This document shows positions 1 to 13,000 of a DNA stretch of 64,000 bases, piece after piece (the first letter of the stretch is position 1; every line of letters begins with the position of its first letter). The notes beneath the pieces were generated by a model. That model worked only from the letters and a program-made list of their open reading frames with translations, made no database searches and was not told the origin of the DNA. This DNA comes from Selaginella moellendorffii. Its lineage: Eukaryota > Plantae > Lycopodiophyta. Where the stretch lies: assembly GCF_000143415.4 (NCBI RefSeq), contig NW_003314264.1, forward strand, positions 2,179,710 through 2,243,709, in the 5' to 3' direction. The position numbers and the translations under genes are program-made.

Positions 1-611
1 GAGATGATACAAATAACAAGTATAAATTCTTAGTTGTTCTAGCAAATCTTACTTAAAGTTCAAAGTGAACAAGCCGAATATGAATTCATCGGATTGTTAT
101 AACAAATTGCGAGGTGATGGCATGAGGCGATACGCCATTTGAGAGTGGTAGCCATTCCTATATGAGGTGAGTGAAATATTTATTAGAAATACCTCATTCA
201 ATTGTGCACTTCTAAATCTTGGTCCACTCAGTACTGTTTGCATGTTTCTATTTTAATTCTTTCTCTAAAATGTTATTTAGCATGTGGCTTCATGCCATTG
301 CTCTCCACAATCATGCATTAAATTTTTCTATCCTTGCATAATACTTCTCCATATATATAGCATGTGCGCACATGTGATATGGTTCATTAGGCCTGATATA
401 GTGTGTGAGGTAAAACAAAGATGATGTGACATATGCATTTACCAATCACACGTGCATAAATCTAATAATATGGCGTGTGGCCCATATTAATGGCACATAA
501 ACCCATATTGTGGGCTTGCGTGCTTTATGTACCATCATTCCCTTGCAGCGTGTGTGTTGGTTTCCTTTTATAACACAACGAACTCCATATTTTAGGGTGA
601 AGAGCGTTCTC

Positions 612-869
612 ATGGCAAGCACAAAATCTGTAAGTGAGGTAGAAAAGGAGACGGAGAAGGAGATAGGTGAAGATGTAGAATATATAAGTCTTCCAAACTC
701 CCCGTACTATACTCCAGGTGATCATTTTTTTGAACAAACGGCAACATTAACAATTATCGAGAACGCCCCAGTAACGTCAGAGACAACAATCCAAAGCAAA
801 ACAACTGACTCGGAGAAGGATGATAGTACCGCTGAGAGTACCAAAAAGGAGGTGTCCACTAGCGCTTAG
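612..869 (+). other. Short acidic S/T/E-rich ORF of unknown status
   Basis: ATG at 612 (MASTKSVSEVEKETEKE...) to TAG 869. No recognisable domain; lies in repeat-rich sequence. Confidence 0.2.
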
Positions 870-2034
870 GCTTATAATGGCGTGTGCTCTCATGCCATTT
901 ACTTGATCACCAAATACCTTTTTCCCTTTGCACTAGTATATCTTAATACCGGTCTGAGAAATAGAATGGCATGTGCCCTCAGGCCTTTTACTAAATCACC
1001 TTTGAAAGAAATGCAAGCCTCTATGTCATAAAAAAAAGGTACTAGAGAAATTCCTTAATAATATGAATGTTATTTAGTTTCATGAAAATACACTAAGGGT
1101 CAAATGAGTTAAATGACTTCTCCAGACTAGCAATGCCTCTTGCTACACCTTCACAATTAGATTCGTTAGAAAAAGATAACATTGAATAATATCTAAATGT
1201 TCTCACCATTAAGTTATATGTCTGGCTAATAGGAATGACGTTCATCTTGGAAAGCTCACCACACGCTCAATGAACAAACAAATAGTGTGTGCGCGCATGC
1301 CATCGCTCTTCTTTAGCTTCAGATTCGGCTTGTTCACCTTGACAATGAGATTTATTATACAACCAGATGGACTCAGTCTGGACACAAAGTCACCGCGCTA
1401 GTCACCATGCCCCAGATATGTCTAGCCCCTGGATAAAAAACATATAATTTCACGTCATTTTCAAATACTTGAAAATTTGTACCTAGTCCCATTTTACTGA
1501 ATAAATCCCACTTTAACGAAATAGAGCTTTTGAATAGAAATGCATATACTTTGCACCATATGATAGCTTTATAATAGTATTAGTATTGCCCAATAAATGC
1601 AGAGTGAATATAAAAGCAAAAACGTTTATACAGCTTTTTGAATATATTAGAATGTCCAGGCATAAGTAATAATAAATGTTTTTAATAAAGTAAGCAAATA
1701 TAATTTTAAATATGAATATTAGATGCAAATTATTATTTGGAAAGTTGCGTGAGTAATAGAGAGACCTTGCGTGAATAAGTTAGTGACCCCTCCATCTTTC
1801 TTTCGAGAGTATTATCAAGGGGTTCACTTTCTCTTGATGACGTTCACGAGGCTTAAAAGCTTGAGCCATGGATTTGAAAGCTTTGAGATGGGTTTGAGAA
1901 TTTTGCATCACTTGCTGATGACTTGCCATTTTGGCATTTATATTCTCAGTATCGCCTTGAAGATGGCCTTCTTTATTTTTTGAGGATGGATAATGATGAC
2001 CCTTTATAGCTGGTAGTGCCTTTTGTCTTTATTC

Positions 2035-3200
2035 CATGGTTTCTTCATGCCTACCATGATTCTCCTATTTTAGGCGGGTATATGGAACATCGTCGTATGA
2101 CCGAGAAGTTGCACAAGTCTTTCTATTAGCCAAAGATGCAATATAATGTTATCCAGTATGTGCGTAACTGCATTTGGTGCCAAATTCGTAATATTCCCCC
2201 TCATGCTGCAGAAGGACAGTTAGAGTCAATTGCAATTTCCCATCTATTTTGGTGGAATTTAACATTATGGGACCTTTTCCACGATCGACTATTGGTAATG
2301 AATATGTTATTATTGCTTCTGACTATTTGACTCATTGGGTGGAAGTTGGTGCTCTTGTTAGCGACTCTAAAATTGCTGTTGGATACTTTCTCCTCAATCA
2401 AATGGTATTCTAACATTCTTGTTTAGAGCAAATTCTTTCGGATAATGGTCCCACATTTATGGCTGAGGCATTTTATGTTTTGACATCTTAATTGGGGATA
2501 CGCCACACTTTCACAAGTGCTTATCATCTACAGTCAAACAGTTTGGTGAAATGGCTCGTTCGAACATTCAAAGAAATGATCACAAAGTATGTCAACTTTC
2601 AGCATTCAAATTGGGATGGGTATTTGCTGTCTCTTCAGTATGCATATATCACAGGGGTGTAGAGTTCTATTGGTGCTTCACCATATATAAACTCCTATAT
2701 GGTCATAATCTAATATTACCAATGGAGCTAGGTTTACCTTTGCGATTGCCACGAGTTCCCGATGCTAGGTCATGGGATCAATATTTGATGAGCATTCTTT
2801 CACTTGTCTGAGCAGAATCTACCAAACAGTTAAGCCATATACAAGTAAGACAACAATGGCATTACAACTCCCATCATCGTCCACCTGTGAAGTACAAAGT
2901 GGATGACTTGGTGTTAATCCGTTTTCTTCATCTTTCGGTATATGGTTTATCTAAGGGGCTTCTTGCTCAGTGGAAAACACTGTATCAAATGTTACAGCAA
3001 GTTGGATCGCAAGTTTATAAGATTTGGCATGATGTCCAGTACGCCGATCTTCCAGAAATTGTGCATGTGCAGTGGTTGAAACACTTCATATAAATGGATA
3101 AAAAACAACTAATACCACCTACAGATCTGCCAATACCTCCTCCTGACATTCCTCCAAATCCTGGCCTATCTATAAGAGAACCTTGATGGTTTTCTATTAA
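2035..3200 (+). mobile_element. Degenerate Ty3/gypsy LTR retrotransposon integrase fragment
   Basis: Interrupted translation LHAYHDSPILGG...FY*PKMQYNVIQYVRNCIWCQ (HHCC zinc finger), core ILSDNGPTF...TSAYHLQSN, and a C-terminal YKVDDLVL...VHVQWLK segment. Contains stops and frameshifts. Confidence 0.85.
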
Positions 3201-3211
3201 GGAGGGGATGA

Positions 3212-3380
3212 TGTGAGGTCTAGGTGTATAGTTACGATGCCATATACTAATATTAGTATAGTGGGATTTTGGTAGTTGTCAGATTGGTTTCAATCCAGAC
3301 TAGTATATAAGCTAGGGTTTTTAGCCTAATTGATATGCACATTTTTCATATTCCCTTTCCATATTCCAAACACTTACACA
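3212..3380 (+). repeat. Putative 3' LTR of the gypsy remnant
   Basis: Polypurine tract AAGGAGGGGATGA (3199-3211) directly followed by TG. Internal TATATAA. Plausible CA end at 3380, end uncertain. Confidence 0.5.
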
Positions 3381-4332
3381 ATTAAAATTTCTTCTTTAAT
3401 TCCTACTTTACGACATAATTTGAGATATATATATATATATATATGAAAAATATATATGTTTATCAATATAACTGAAATATATTATATGCTATTAAACAAT
3501 TATTATATTTTTAATTTATCACTTTATTCGAAATTTTAATTCAAAAATAAAGACCAAGATATCTATAACACGTAAATATATAAATTTGGTGACTAGAAAC
3601 TAATTACAAGGCAAAAACATATTTATATAGCAATAGAAAATCCACATTTAAAATGATTATAGTTTATAAATTATTTTATAAATTTAAAAAACACATTTTA
3701 AACATTTTTAAATAGTTTTGTAATCACTATTTCTAATTTCAAAGTAAAAATAACTTTAAAGTTTAATTTTTACAAACAAGTTATTAACTTTAATGAATAA
3801 GTTTAACCATGTATGTATTATATTATTTTTATAAATCTAAATTAAACAGCCACTCATGTAACTTAATTAATATCTAAATTCTATAATACTTCGAAATCAT
3901 AAGTTTTATCAATTTGTTTTTATGCTTTTATAATGAATAATTTTCAGGATTGCCATGCTTATGTATATGAAATAAAATTCTATAATAGATAAATATTTAT
4001 TTTTTATTTTTATCTTCTATGATTTTCTAAAATCTTTCTATGATAAATTTAATTGATCCAAAAGAAGGACAATCTAAAAACATTATGCAAAATCTATTTT
4101 TATTTTTATTTTTGATATATATTTATTTAAATATCTATAACATATCAATAAAAATCAGCTATTGAAGTAATTAGACATATATTTTTTAATAAAAATTACA
4201 CTTTTATTTATAGCTAAAATGTTTTATTGTATATATCAATTTTCTAAATATTAATACAAAATATTATAGAATAAAATTTCACACTGTACTTTTAAATGTT
4301 GTTGCAATTAGTAGATCTCAATTGGTATAATG

Positions 4333-4338
<6 letters not shown>

Positions 4339-4397
<59 letters not shown>
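4339..4397. repeat. (TA)n microsatellite
   Basis: Uninterrupted TA run. Confidence 0.95.
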
Positions 4398-4400
<3 letters not shown>

Positions 4401-4496
4401 GTCTTTTTTAATAACTGGTTTACAGAACTCATTTAAATAAAAAATATAAATCAAAACATATCAAAAGCTACTTATTCGATCATTGTAGAGAGATTT

Positions 4497-5655
4497 CTAT
4501 TTGTTTTGGTGCCTCCCGAAACGTCTATCCCTCTCTTGATACTCGGCCAGTGCCACCCGGTACTCATTCTCTCCAAAATCCGGCCATAGCTCGGGCACAA
4601 ACACGAGCTCCGTGTAGGCCAGCTGCCAGAGCATGAAGTTACTCAGCCTCTTCTCGCCGCTTGTCCGGATCAGCAAGTCCGGATCGCTGATTTCCTCGTC
4701 CCAAGTCGTGAGGAGCTTGCTCTCCAATTTGGACTCATCAATCTCGTCGAGATCAACACTCCCCCGCTGGACTTCCGCCGCCACAGCCTTGCAAGCCTGG
4801 ACCAAGTCCTGTCGACCACTGTAGCTTAATCCCACCACCAGCTTGAGACCTTTGTTGTGGCGCGTTCGCTCCTGGATTTGACACGCCAGCAAGCGTAGAG
4901 TGCCTGGAAGCCTGGACAGATCTCCAATGAAATGGACACAAATTCCCTTCCTGAGAGAAAAATGCAAAAGAAGAAACAAGAAGCTTATAGCTGTGAAGAA
5001 GTCATATATGAATGATAGAGTTCTAGCTTCCAATCACGAGAAACACTAGGAAAAGAAACTAGAGACTTACGTGAAGATGTTCATGGAGTCCTCCGAGATC
5101 ACTCTCTCGAACAGTTGCATCAGGAACTGGATTTCAATCTGGATCACGGCAATCCTGAGGCAAGTTCATCAAAATGGAAGGAGAACAACAAGGGGAAAAG
5201 GAATGCACCGTGGGACGACGCCAGTTCTCGGTGGAGAAGGCAAAGACGGTGAGAATTTTAATACCCAAGCGGCTGGAGGCGGCCACGATCTCTCGCAATG
5301 CATGCACGCCGGCCTCGTGCCCCCTGTCGGTGGCCAATCCCCGGAGCTTGGCCCAGCGAGAGTTCCCATCCATTATAATCGCGACGTGCTCCGGCATTCG
5401 CAGCGGATCCAGCTCCCGCGGGATTTGGCGGGCGGGACTGGGCGGCGGCGGCGCGAGCAGCTGCTGCCCGATCGAATGACCCTGCTGCTGCGATGCCAGG
5501 ATTTCGCCGCTTGCCCTGGTCAACACGCGCGGATTCTCCGTGCTCCTGTCGGGACGGAGGCATTGCGATAGTGGGGCGAGCGGTGCTGAACTGCGCTGCC
5601 GGACGCTGCCGCTCACGAGCCGGAGCTTCGAGGAATCCATAAACCCTAAACTCAT
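4497..5655 (-). CDS. CPT: cis-prenyltransferase (undecaprenyl/dehydrodolichyl diphosphate synthase family), probable plastid transit peptide
   Basis: Motifs [65 protein letters not shown]. Exons about 5655-5209, 5138-5071 and 4950-4497 splice in frame. Confidence 0.93.
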
Positions 5656-6302
5656 GAGAATATTCAGTGTAAATTGTTAGTGTTATTAAAATCCATAAAC
5701 CCCAGTTAATTCTTGAGAATTATTAGTTAATAGTAGTAAATAATAAGTTGAATTTTTTAAGGACCAGATTGTCAATTTATTCTAAGATGAAGATAGCTAT
5801 AGCATGTGAAAATTCTTATAAGGTCTTGTTATATCATTATCATCCATCATCACATTATTTTATTTGATTACTTACAGTCTACTATACTTCAGCTAAAATG
5901 TCAAGATAAGTGTGGTGGATTGTTAATCTCATTCAGTGGATCCTTTAGTTAATTAACAAAATTGGATCTAAAACCTAAATATAAACTTTTGAATTTAAAT
6001 TTTATAGGCAAATCTAAAAACACTTAACGTTAAATATTTAATCTAAATAAGCACAAAAAGGCAATCTTCTTGAAGAAGCCAAAGAAACAGAAGGAAAAAT
6101 GTCAGACCATCTTTAATCTCTTGCGGGGAAAAATGAAGACCTCATGAATTCTCTTTTTCGCACATTTTTTTTGTTCTAGCAAAAAAGTCTGTTCATGTAC
6201 GATTGATAGTGCCTACACCCGCATGAGTCTCGTGGGCTGTTGTGAAATGCTTTTATAACCCTTCGTTCTCTACTATCTACATGCTTCAACGACTCTCTGA
6301 GA

Positions 6303-7481
6303 ATGTCTCCTCATCTCTTGGTCTCGATTTCGTTCCTCCTCCTGCTTGCTGCAAATGCAAATGCCGCAAGTGATAGTACTCTGGAGGGGGATGCAGGGAT
6401 CCGAATGTTTGGCGACGTCGACTCTGTCCCCAAATCCATCGACTGGAGAACTTTGGGGGCCGTCACACCTGTGAAAGATCGCAAAGGATGCCAGAGTAAG
6501 TCTTGGACTTCAACTTCAATCCTGCTTCTCACTTTATATTTATATTGTGGCATGGATGGAAGATGGTAGCTGGGCTTTCGCGGCGGCAGAAGCCATCGAG
6601 GGAATCAACAAGATTGCAACTGGAGTTTTGGTGGAGCTGTCGGCGCAGCAGCTGCTGGATTGCTCCCGGAGCTACGGCACCGATGGCTGCCACAGCGGCT
6701 TTCCCCAGAACGCATTTGAATACCTCGTCGACACAGGCAATGGCCTCTCGATCGCATCGGATTACCACTTCACAGGTTTCAATGCCACCTGCCGAAAACA
6801 TGTAAGTACGTGCACCATTGTTTTTTACTAAAGTGCTGCTCTCCAGAACCGCTACTCCGTCGGCATTGACGACTACGACAATCTCTATGGCTCCAGCGAC
6901 GACACGGACATGGTCGCGCAGGTTGCCAAGCAGCCCGTGACAGCTCTAATCGATGGCAATGCGCCAGAGTTCCTTCGCTACAAAGGGGTCAGTGAAAAAT
7001 CTTTTTTTTTTTTTTTTTCTTTTGTGAAGGACAAGTCGCTGAAGCCTTCGAACTAAAAATGCAGGGGATTTACAAGGGCCCATGCAAAGATGACCAGGCA
7101 ACTCCGTATCTAGCGGTGCTCATCGTCGGCTATGGATCCGAAAACGGCCAGGACTACTGGATCATCAAAAACTCGGCGGGGACAAGCTGGGGAGAGCAAG
7201 GCTACATGAGGCTGCAGCGTGGAAACCATGGCCTTCCACTGGGTCGATGTGGAGTGAATGGCTTCGTCTACTTTCCCGTCAAACAGAAGCCACCGCCATC
7301 TCCACCACCGCCATCTCCGCCGCCACCCTCTCCTCGACCGCCACCGTCGCCCCCGGTTCCGTGCAGTAAAAGGATTAGCTGCAGGTCGCTGATTCCAACC
7401 TTTGCGTGCTGCCCTCCCAGGGCCAGACCCTGCTGCTGCCCCTGGTGGAAAAGATGTGGTGAGTATGGATGCTCTCTTTAA
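6303..7481 (+). CDS. Secreted papain-like (C1A) protein, predicted inactive, lacking prodomain, with Pro-rich linker and Cys-rich tail
   Basis: Signal peptide, then [58 protein letters not shown]...YWIIKNS...WGEQGYMR. Four exons (about 6303-6495, 6563-6801, 6847-6987, 7065-7481). Confidence 0.88.
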
Positions 7482-8240
7482 ACACTTACGTGTATAAGAG
7501 CACAAGAGACATTTCAGCATCTTAAATATCGAGCCTTTCCTTCAAAAGGTCTGGTGGCATGACTTCTCTTATGTCATGGCTCCTTCAGACTTCAAATCGG
7601 CAAAATAGGCTTCGGGTTATCTTTTTCTAAGAGTTTGCTGTGTTCAAGCTTAGATGCCACACCCGCATTGGAAGGTAAGCCAACTTGGAGATCATTCAGC
7701 AGCCCACAGCTACAACCAGTTCTGGAGATCCATTGTACGTGAAGGAGACTTGCATGTCCGCGTCACACGGTGTCCCAAAGCAAAGTTGATATGTATTTTA
7801 ATTCTGGCACGCACCAATGTAGCGGATATGGTCTTGATTAGCTTTGCAACTGGTGGTTCTACTGGATCTTTCTGGGCAGTCATGCGGCACTCAAACCCGA
7901 TAACTTAGCTGAGAACTTGGACAGCCAAGTTGATCCTCTCGACAACACCAACACCCTCGTATTTTTCCACAATTGCGGGATGCCGCTCAAGCTACTCCTG
8001 TCTTGATGCACAGATAAGATCAAGAGGAAAAGAAAGAACACTTCGTGCCGACGTTGCCATCGCCATTGCTGTGGGGACTCGTGTGTTCTTGTCAATAAAA
8101 AGAGCCTTGGTTTAGTAGACTTGACCTGGTTAGACTGTTTTGACACGGGATCTCGCCACTGTAGAGTTCGCGATTAAATATCTTAAATGTAAAAGTTCCA
8201 AAGCAGGAAAAAAAGAGGAAAAAATGTGTTCTTAAAACTT

Positions 8241-9810
8241 TCATGGCTGCAAGACTTTGGCAGACGACTTTCCTAGAAGTTGAAACACTGCGGATTTCGA
8301 CGGCAGGGCGGGGATTGCTCCCCTCTCCGTAGTTGCGATCGCACCGCAAGCATTTGCAAAGAGGAGAGCTTCTCTCAGCCTCGGTTCGTCCTGACACAAA
8401 AACATTTGATTCATTCTCCATTTCTAGGAACGCAACGAATCTTACCTTGTACAAGGATGGCTCTTTTACGAGCTGAGTTAAGGCTCCAGCGACGAACGCA
8501 TCACCTGCGCCTGTTGTGTCGACGGCGTCGACTTTGATACCGTCCACACGACCAAGAAACTCCTGTAACAGTAAGCGAACATGAAAACCAAGGAAAGACA
8601 AGGCTAAACAAAAGAAAAACTGGAACCTTTGTGTAATAGCGGCAGCCGCCTTCGCCTTCGGTCACTAGCAAGAGCTTCAAGTTTGGATGCATGAGAGCTT
8701 GAGCTGCTTCATCGCTGTAAGGGTCACCTCCTTCAGTTAGAAATGTGATCTCCTCCTCACTTATCTTCAAATTTTAAAGCCACCGAGCAAACTTAGAAAC
8801 TTGGAAACTTCGACCTTTGAAAAATAAAAGAACTCATTCACACAAACCTTGATGATATCGGCTTCGTTCCAAATGCTTTTGATGCCTGTGCGAGCAGCCT
8901 CTGCCGAACTCCACAACGGAAGTCTTAAGTTGGGGTCATACGAGAGGACCGCTCCAGCTTCTCTGGCGATTTTCATCGCGGCCAAGTGAGCGGATCTGCA
9001 AGGCTCCGCGATGAGACTGATAGAGCCGTAGTGAAAAATGGACGCCTGGAAGTTATCAAGCCAAGTAAGAACGCAAGTGATGTGAAGTAATACTTTTGAT
9101 ACCTGCTTGATAAGGTCAGCGTCAAGCTCCTCAGGCTTAAGTAACATATCCGCGCTAGGATTGCGGTAAAACATAAACTCGCGCTCGCCATCCTTGCGGA
9201 GAGTCACAAACGCGAGAGCCGTGCGAGCACCGGGATCAAAACGCATGCCTTTGCTTTCCACCTTGTTCTCTTTGAGAATGTCCACGAGCATGAAACCAAA
9301 TTCATCCTCTCCAACCTGGTAAAAGCAAAGTGGTGGAGAACCAAAAAACTTAGAAAATTTTGTTTGAAAGCTGGAAAAGGTGATCATAGATTAGATTGTC
9401 ACCTTACCGATGAAAGCAGAGTTTCCATCCAGCCGAGAGATACCAACAGCAACATTGGCTGGAGCTCCTCCAGGAGCTTTCTTAAACGCTGGAGCATCAG
9501 CCAAAGAAACTTCCCCTACTGTTGGAACGAAGTCTATAAGCATCTCTCCAAAACACACCACTAGATTGGAGCTGGGATCTCTCACGGAATCCACCGCTCT
9601 AGCAGATCCTACACAGTGAAGCGTCCATCAAGCCAGGAGAAGAAAAAGGTAGAACAGAGCTCCAGTACCTGATTTTGACGATGAGAGACAATTGGAGCTC
9701 GAGCTACTTCTCCTCAGATTCAAGCACTGCGGTCTATCCCCAAACAGGAAGCTCTGCCGCGGCAATCCCGTCGAAAGCTGCGAGATCTGAGAAGCAGGAG
9801 ACGCGGCCAT
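8241..9810 (-). CDS. FRK: Fructokinase (PfkB family), probably plastid-targeted
   Basis: [65 protein letters not shown]. Ser-rich N-terminal extension; multi-exon. Confidence 0.95.
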
Positions 9811-10074
9811 CTGTCGCGATCTAGGATCTACCTTTTAGATCAAGGCGATCGGCTGAGCGAGTAAAATCGATGGAAATGCGGCGCTGCGCTCTACTTACCC
9901 TACTGCAGATCGATCGAGCGAAGAGAGTGGGGCACCGCGACACTACTCTTTAGAAACCCTGGCCAACGAACCAAAAGCGCGACACCTGGCACGAATGAGA
10001 CGCCGACGAGGAAAATATGGCATATAAAGGTATCACGTTTATAACCAGGGTTTTGCGGGTTTAGGGTTCTAGGC
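9811..10074. promoter_or_regulatory. Short divergent promoter between FRK and NRPA2 with telo-box-like motifs
   Basis: The two ATGs are head-to-head about 264 bp apart. AAACCCT near 9955 and TTAGGGTT at 10061. Confidence 0.5.
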
Positions 10075-13000
10075 ATGGAGAAGAAGAGGAAGAAGGAGAA
10101 GGACGGCGCGACGACATCTCGACCGCCGCGCATTCCCGATTCCGCAGCGTACAAGGCGCTGGAGGATCTCGTCTCGCCTCACATCGATTCCTTCGACTAC
10201 TTCGTGCAGCGGGGACTGGTGGAAGCAGTGAAGGGGATCGCGCCGGTGGAGATCGAGCAGGGTTCGACTGGGAATAAGCTGATTTATATCCTTTGGATGA
10301 GTATAGGCGCATTGCCTTGCACTGCTAGATGGATTTCATTCTGGAGATTTTGGATTTTCCCTTGACGTTGTTTTGGCACTGACGCTCGACAAGCCTGTTG
10401 TGCAACCGCCCGTGAAGGATCTCAAGGAGAAGGCAATGGAGCATCGTCTTCTTCCAAAGGAGGTGTGAGCAGTATTTTTTTCTTTGATTCTTCTTCCTTA
10501 TAGTTTATTTTATCGTAGTGCCGGCAAGGGTTCTTGAGCTACACCGGCGCGCTCAATATCCAGCTTATCTTGGATTACGGTTCAATGACTAGATACCATC
10601 AACTTTCGCTTGGAAAGCTGCCTATAATGTTGAAGGTATTTGGTTTCTGCTCTCATTTTCTTCCTTAAATTTGAGTAAATTCCTGTAGTCGAGCCTTTGC
10701 CATTTGAGAGGCTTGTCGCCACAAAAGCTTATTTCTTTGAAAGAGGAGGGCACGGAGATGGGAGGGTATGGTCTCTACCTTCAACCTTTCCTGATAGTAA
10801 CTCAGCTACTTGTATGTAGGTACTTCATTGTGAAAGGAATTGAAAGAATCATACGAAAGCTCATTGTACCGAAACGAAATCATGTATGGTCGCATAGAAA
10901 ATATCATGGCGCTTGAACTTTGGGATGTGTTTGAACAGATAATTGCTATAAGGAGAAATGCGTTTCAAAACAGAGGAGCAGGATTCTCTGACATCGGGTT
11001 GATGATGAGGTATACATAGGCGGTTTTATGGGCCCTTTTGTTACTGTGTTTGTTCAGATGTGTGAGACCAGACCAAACAGGGTCAACTATCAAACTTTAC
11101 TACCTGCATCATGGCACGGCTAGGCTTGGTTTTGTGTAAGTCACAACATTGTTATTGCTTGTTACGACAGCAAATGTTTTCAGGATTCGGAGGCAGGAGT
11201 TTGTGATTCCGGTCGGAATAATTTTGAAGGTGCTGCTACGTTACCTGCATCTTTTGTTTACTGACTGTCCTTGCAGGCGTTCATGGACACAAGTGACCGA
11301 GAAATTTTCGAGCAGCTGAGTGGCATCCACGTCCAAGGGCAAGAGCAGTCCAAAGGTGCAGTTGGAAGCCAGCTTATAAGTCAAAGAGCAAGAATCATTA
11401 TTGAAGAGACGCAACGTCAACCTTGCCTTACACGTTTGGATTGCCTTCGCTATATTGGTAAGCCTGATGGAAATACTTTTTTTTTTGTTTTGTTTTTATC
11501 TTTTATATGCGAACTGTAAACCAGGCGAAACATTTCGGACTCCTTTGGAGGCGCTGTCTAGTATGTCCAACGCCGAGGTAAGACTAGCGTTATTTCATAA
11601 GTGTTTGACTCGTCTTCGCATCCTCAGGTCGGAGAGGATGTTCTGAGGAGATTTGTCTTTGTACATTTGGACAATTTCCGTGATAAGTTTAACTTGCTCA
11701 TGTAAGTTGATTGGTGTGTTTTCTTGGTCTAATTGTGTTTTTTAGCTCAGTCATATGCTGCACAAGCTTTTTGCGGTTGTGGATGGGTCGGCCTCGATTG
11801 ATAGTTCCGATACTTTACAACATCAGGAGCTCTTACTACCCGGACATCTGATGAATATCTATTTGAAGGTAAACATTACAAATAATGTTCTGCTTTGGTT
11901 ACAAATATGTATTTCAGGATAGACTAGAAGACTGGCTTTACAGGTGCAAGAGGTTGTTGCAAAGGGAAATGCAACTCAAGGAAGAGTTCGACTTAAGCGA
12001 CCGTATGATTTGCGTTTTCATTTTCTGATGGCGGCCAAACTTCTCTTTTCAGATGCAAAGGTTTTAAAAATTGTGGAGAAAAATAATGCTGTGGATATAG
12101 GCAAACGGATTGAATATTTATTAAGCACTGGAAATATTCAATCCCAGTCGCATATGGACCTTCAGCAGGTTGAGTACAACGTGTTTCTTTGTGGTGCTCA
12201 TTTTCTCATCTTTAGGCAAATGGTTTTAGCGTGGTAGCCGAAAAGCTGAATTTTTTCAGATTCATATCTCATTTTCGTTCCGTCCATAGGGGAGCTTTTT
12301 TTGCAAGACAGAGAACTACATCCGTGCGCAAGCTACTACCAGAGTAAGGACACTGATTCTACTCCAGTCCCTTTAACTTTATGGATGTGTAGATCGTGGG
12401 GATTTCTTTGCCCCGTTCACACTCCCGATGGTGAACCTTGTGGGTTGCTCACTCATTTAAGCTCATTGTGCAGTAAGCTTTTTATTTTGCTCAATGTCAC
12501 GGGAACTAACTCGGTTTTCTGTTGTTCAGAAATTTCCACTGACCTCGATCAAAATAATCATCCCAAGGACCCCAAGGTTATTCATCGAACTATTGCTACG
12601 GTGTTAGCTCAACTCGGCATGGTTTCGATTTCACCTTTATTGGCGTTGTCAGGCCCTCNNNNNNNNNNNNNNNNNNNNNNNNNNNNNNNNNNNNNNNNNN
12701 NNNNNNNNNNNNNNNNNNNNNNNNNNNNNNNNNNNNNNNNNNNNNNNNNNNNNNNNNNTACCTCAAACCGTTTCTCACTTACGAAGTTTGAAAGTGACCA
12801 AGGGTTCTCAGGTTGCCACCGTTTTTTACTGCTGTTCTGCTTGAACTAACGTGTTAGTGCAGGTCCCTATCGATCTAGAGATTGGATATGTTCCTTGCAC
12901 GTATGCTGGAGCTTACCCTGGCTTGTTTCTGTACACGACGCCATCACGGTTTCTTCGCCCAGTGAAGCAACTTGATACAGGAGCTATTGAACTTATCTCT

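Noticed and set aside
7560-8150. Coding-like minus-strand fragments between the papain gene and FRK
   Set aside because: Interrupted by stops with no recognisable family; possibly a pseudogene relic but not supportable.
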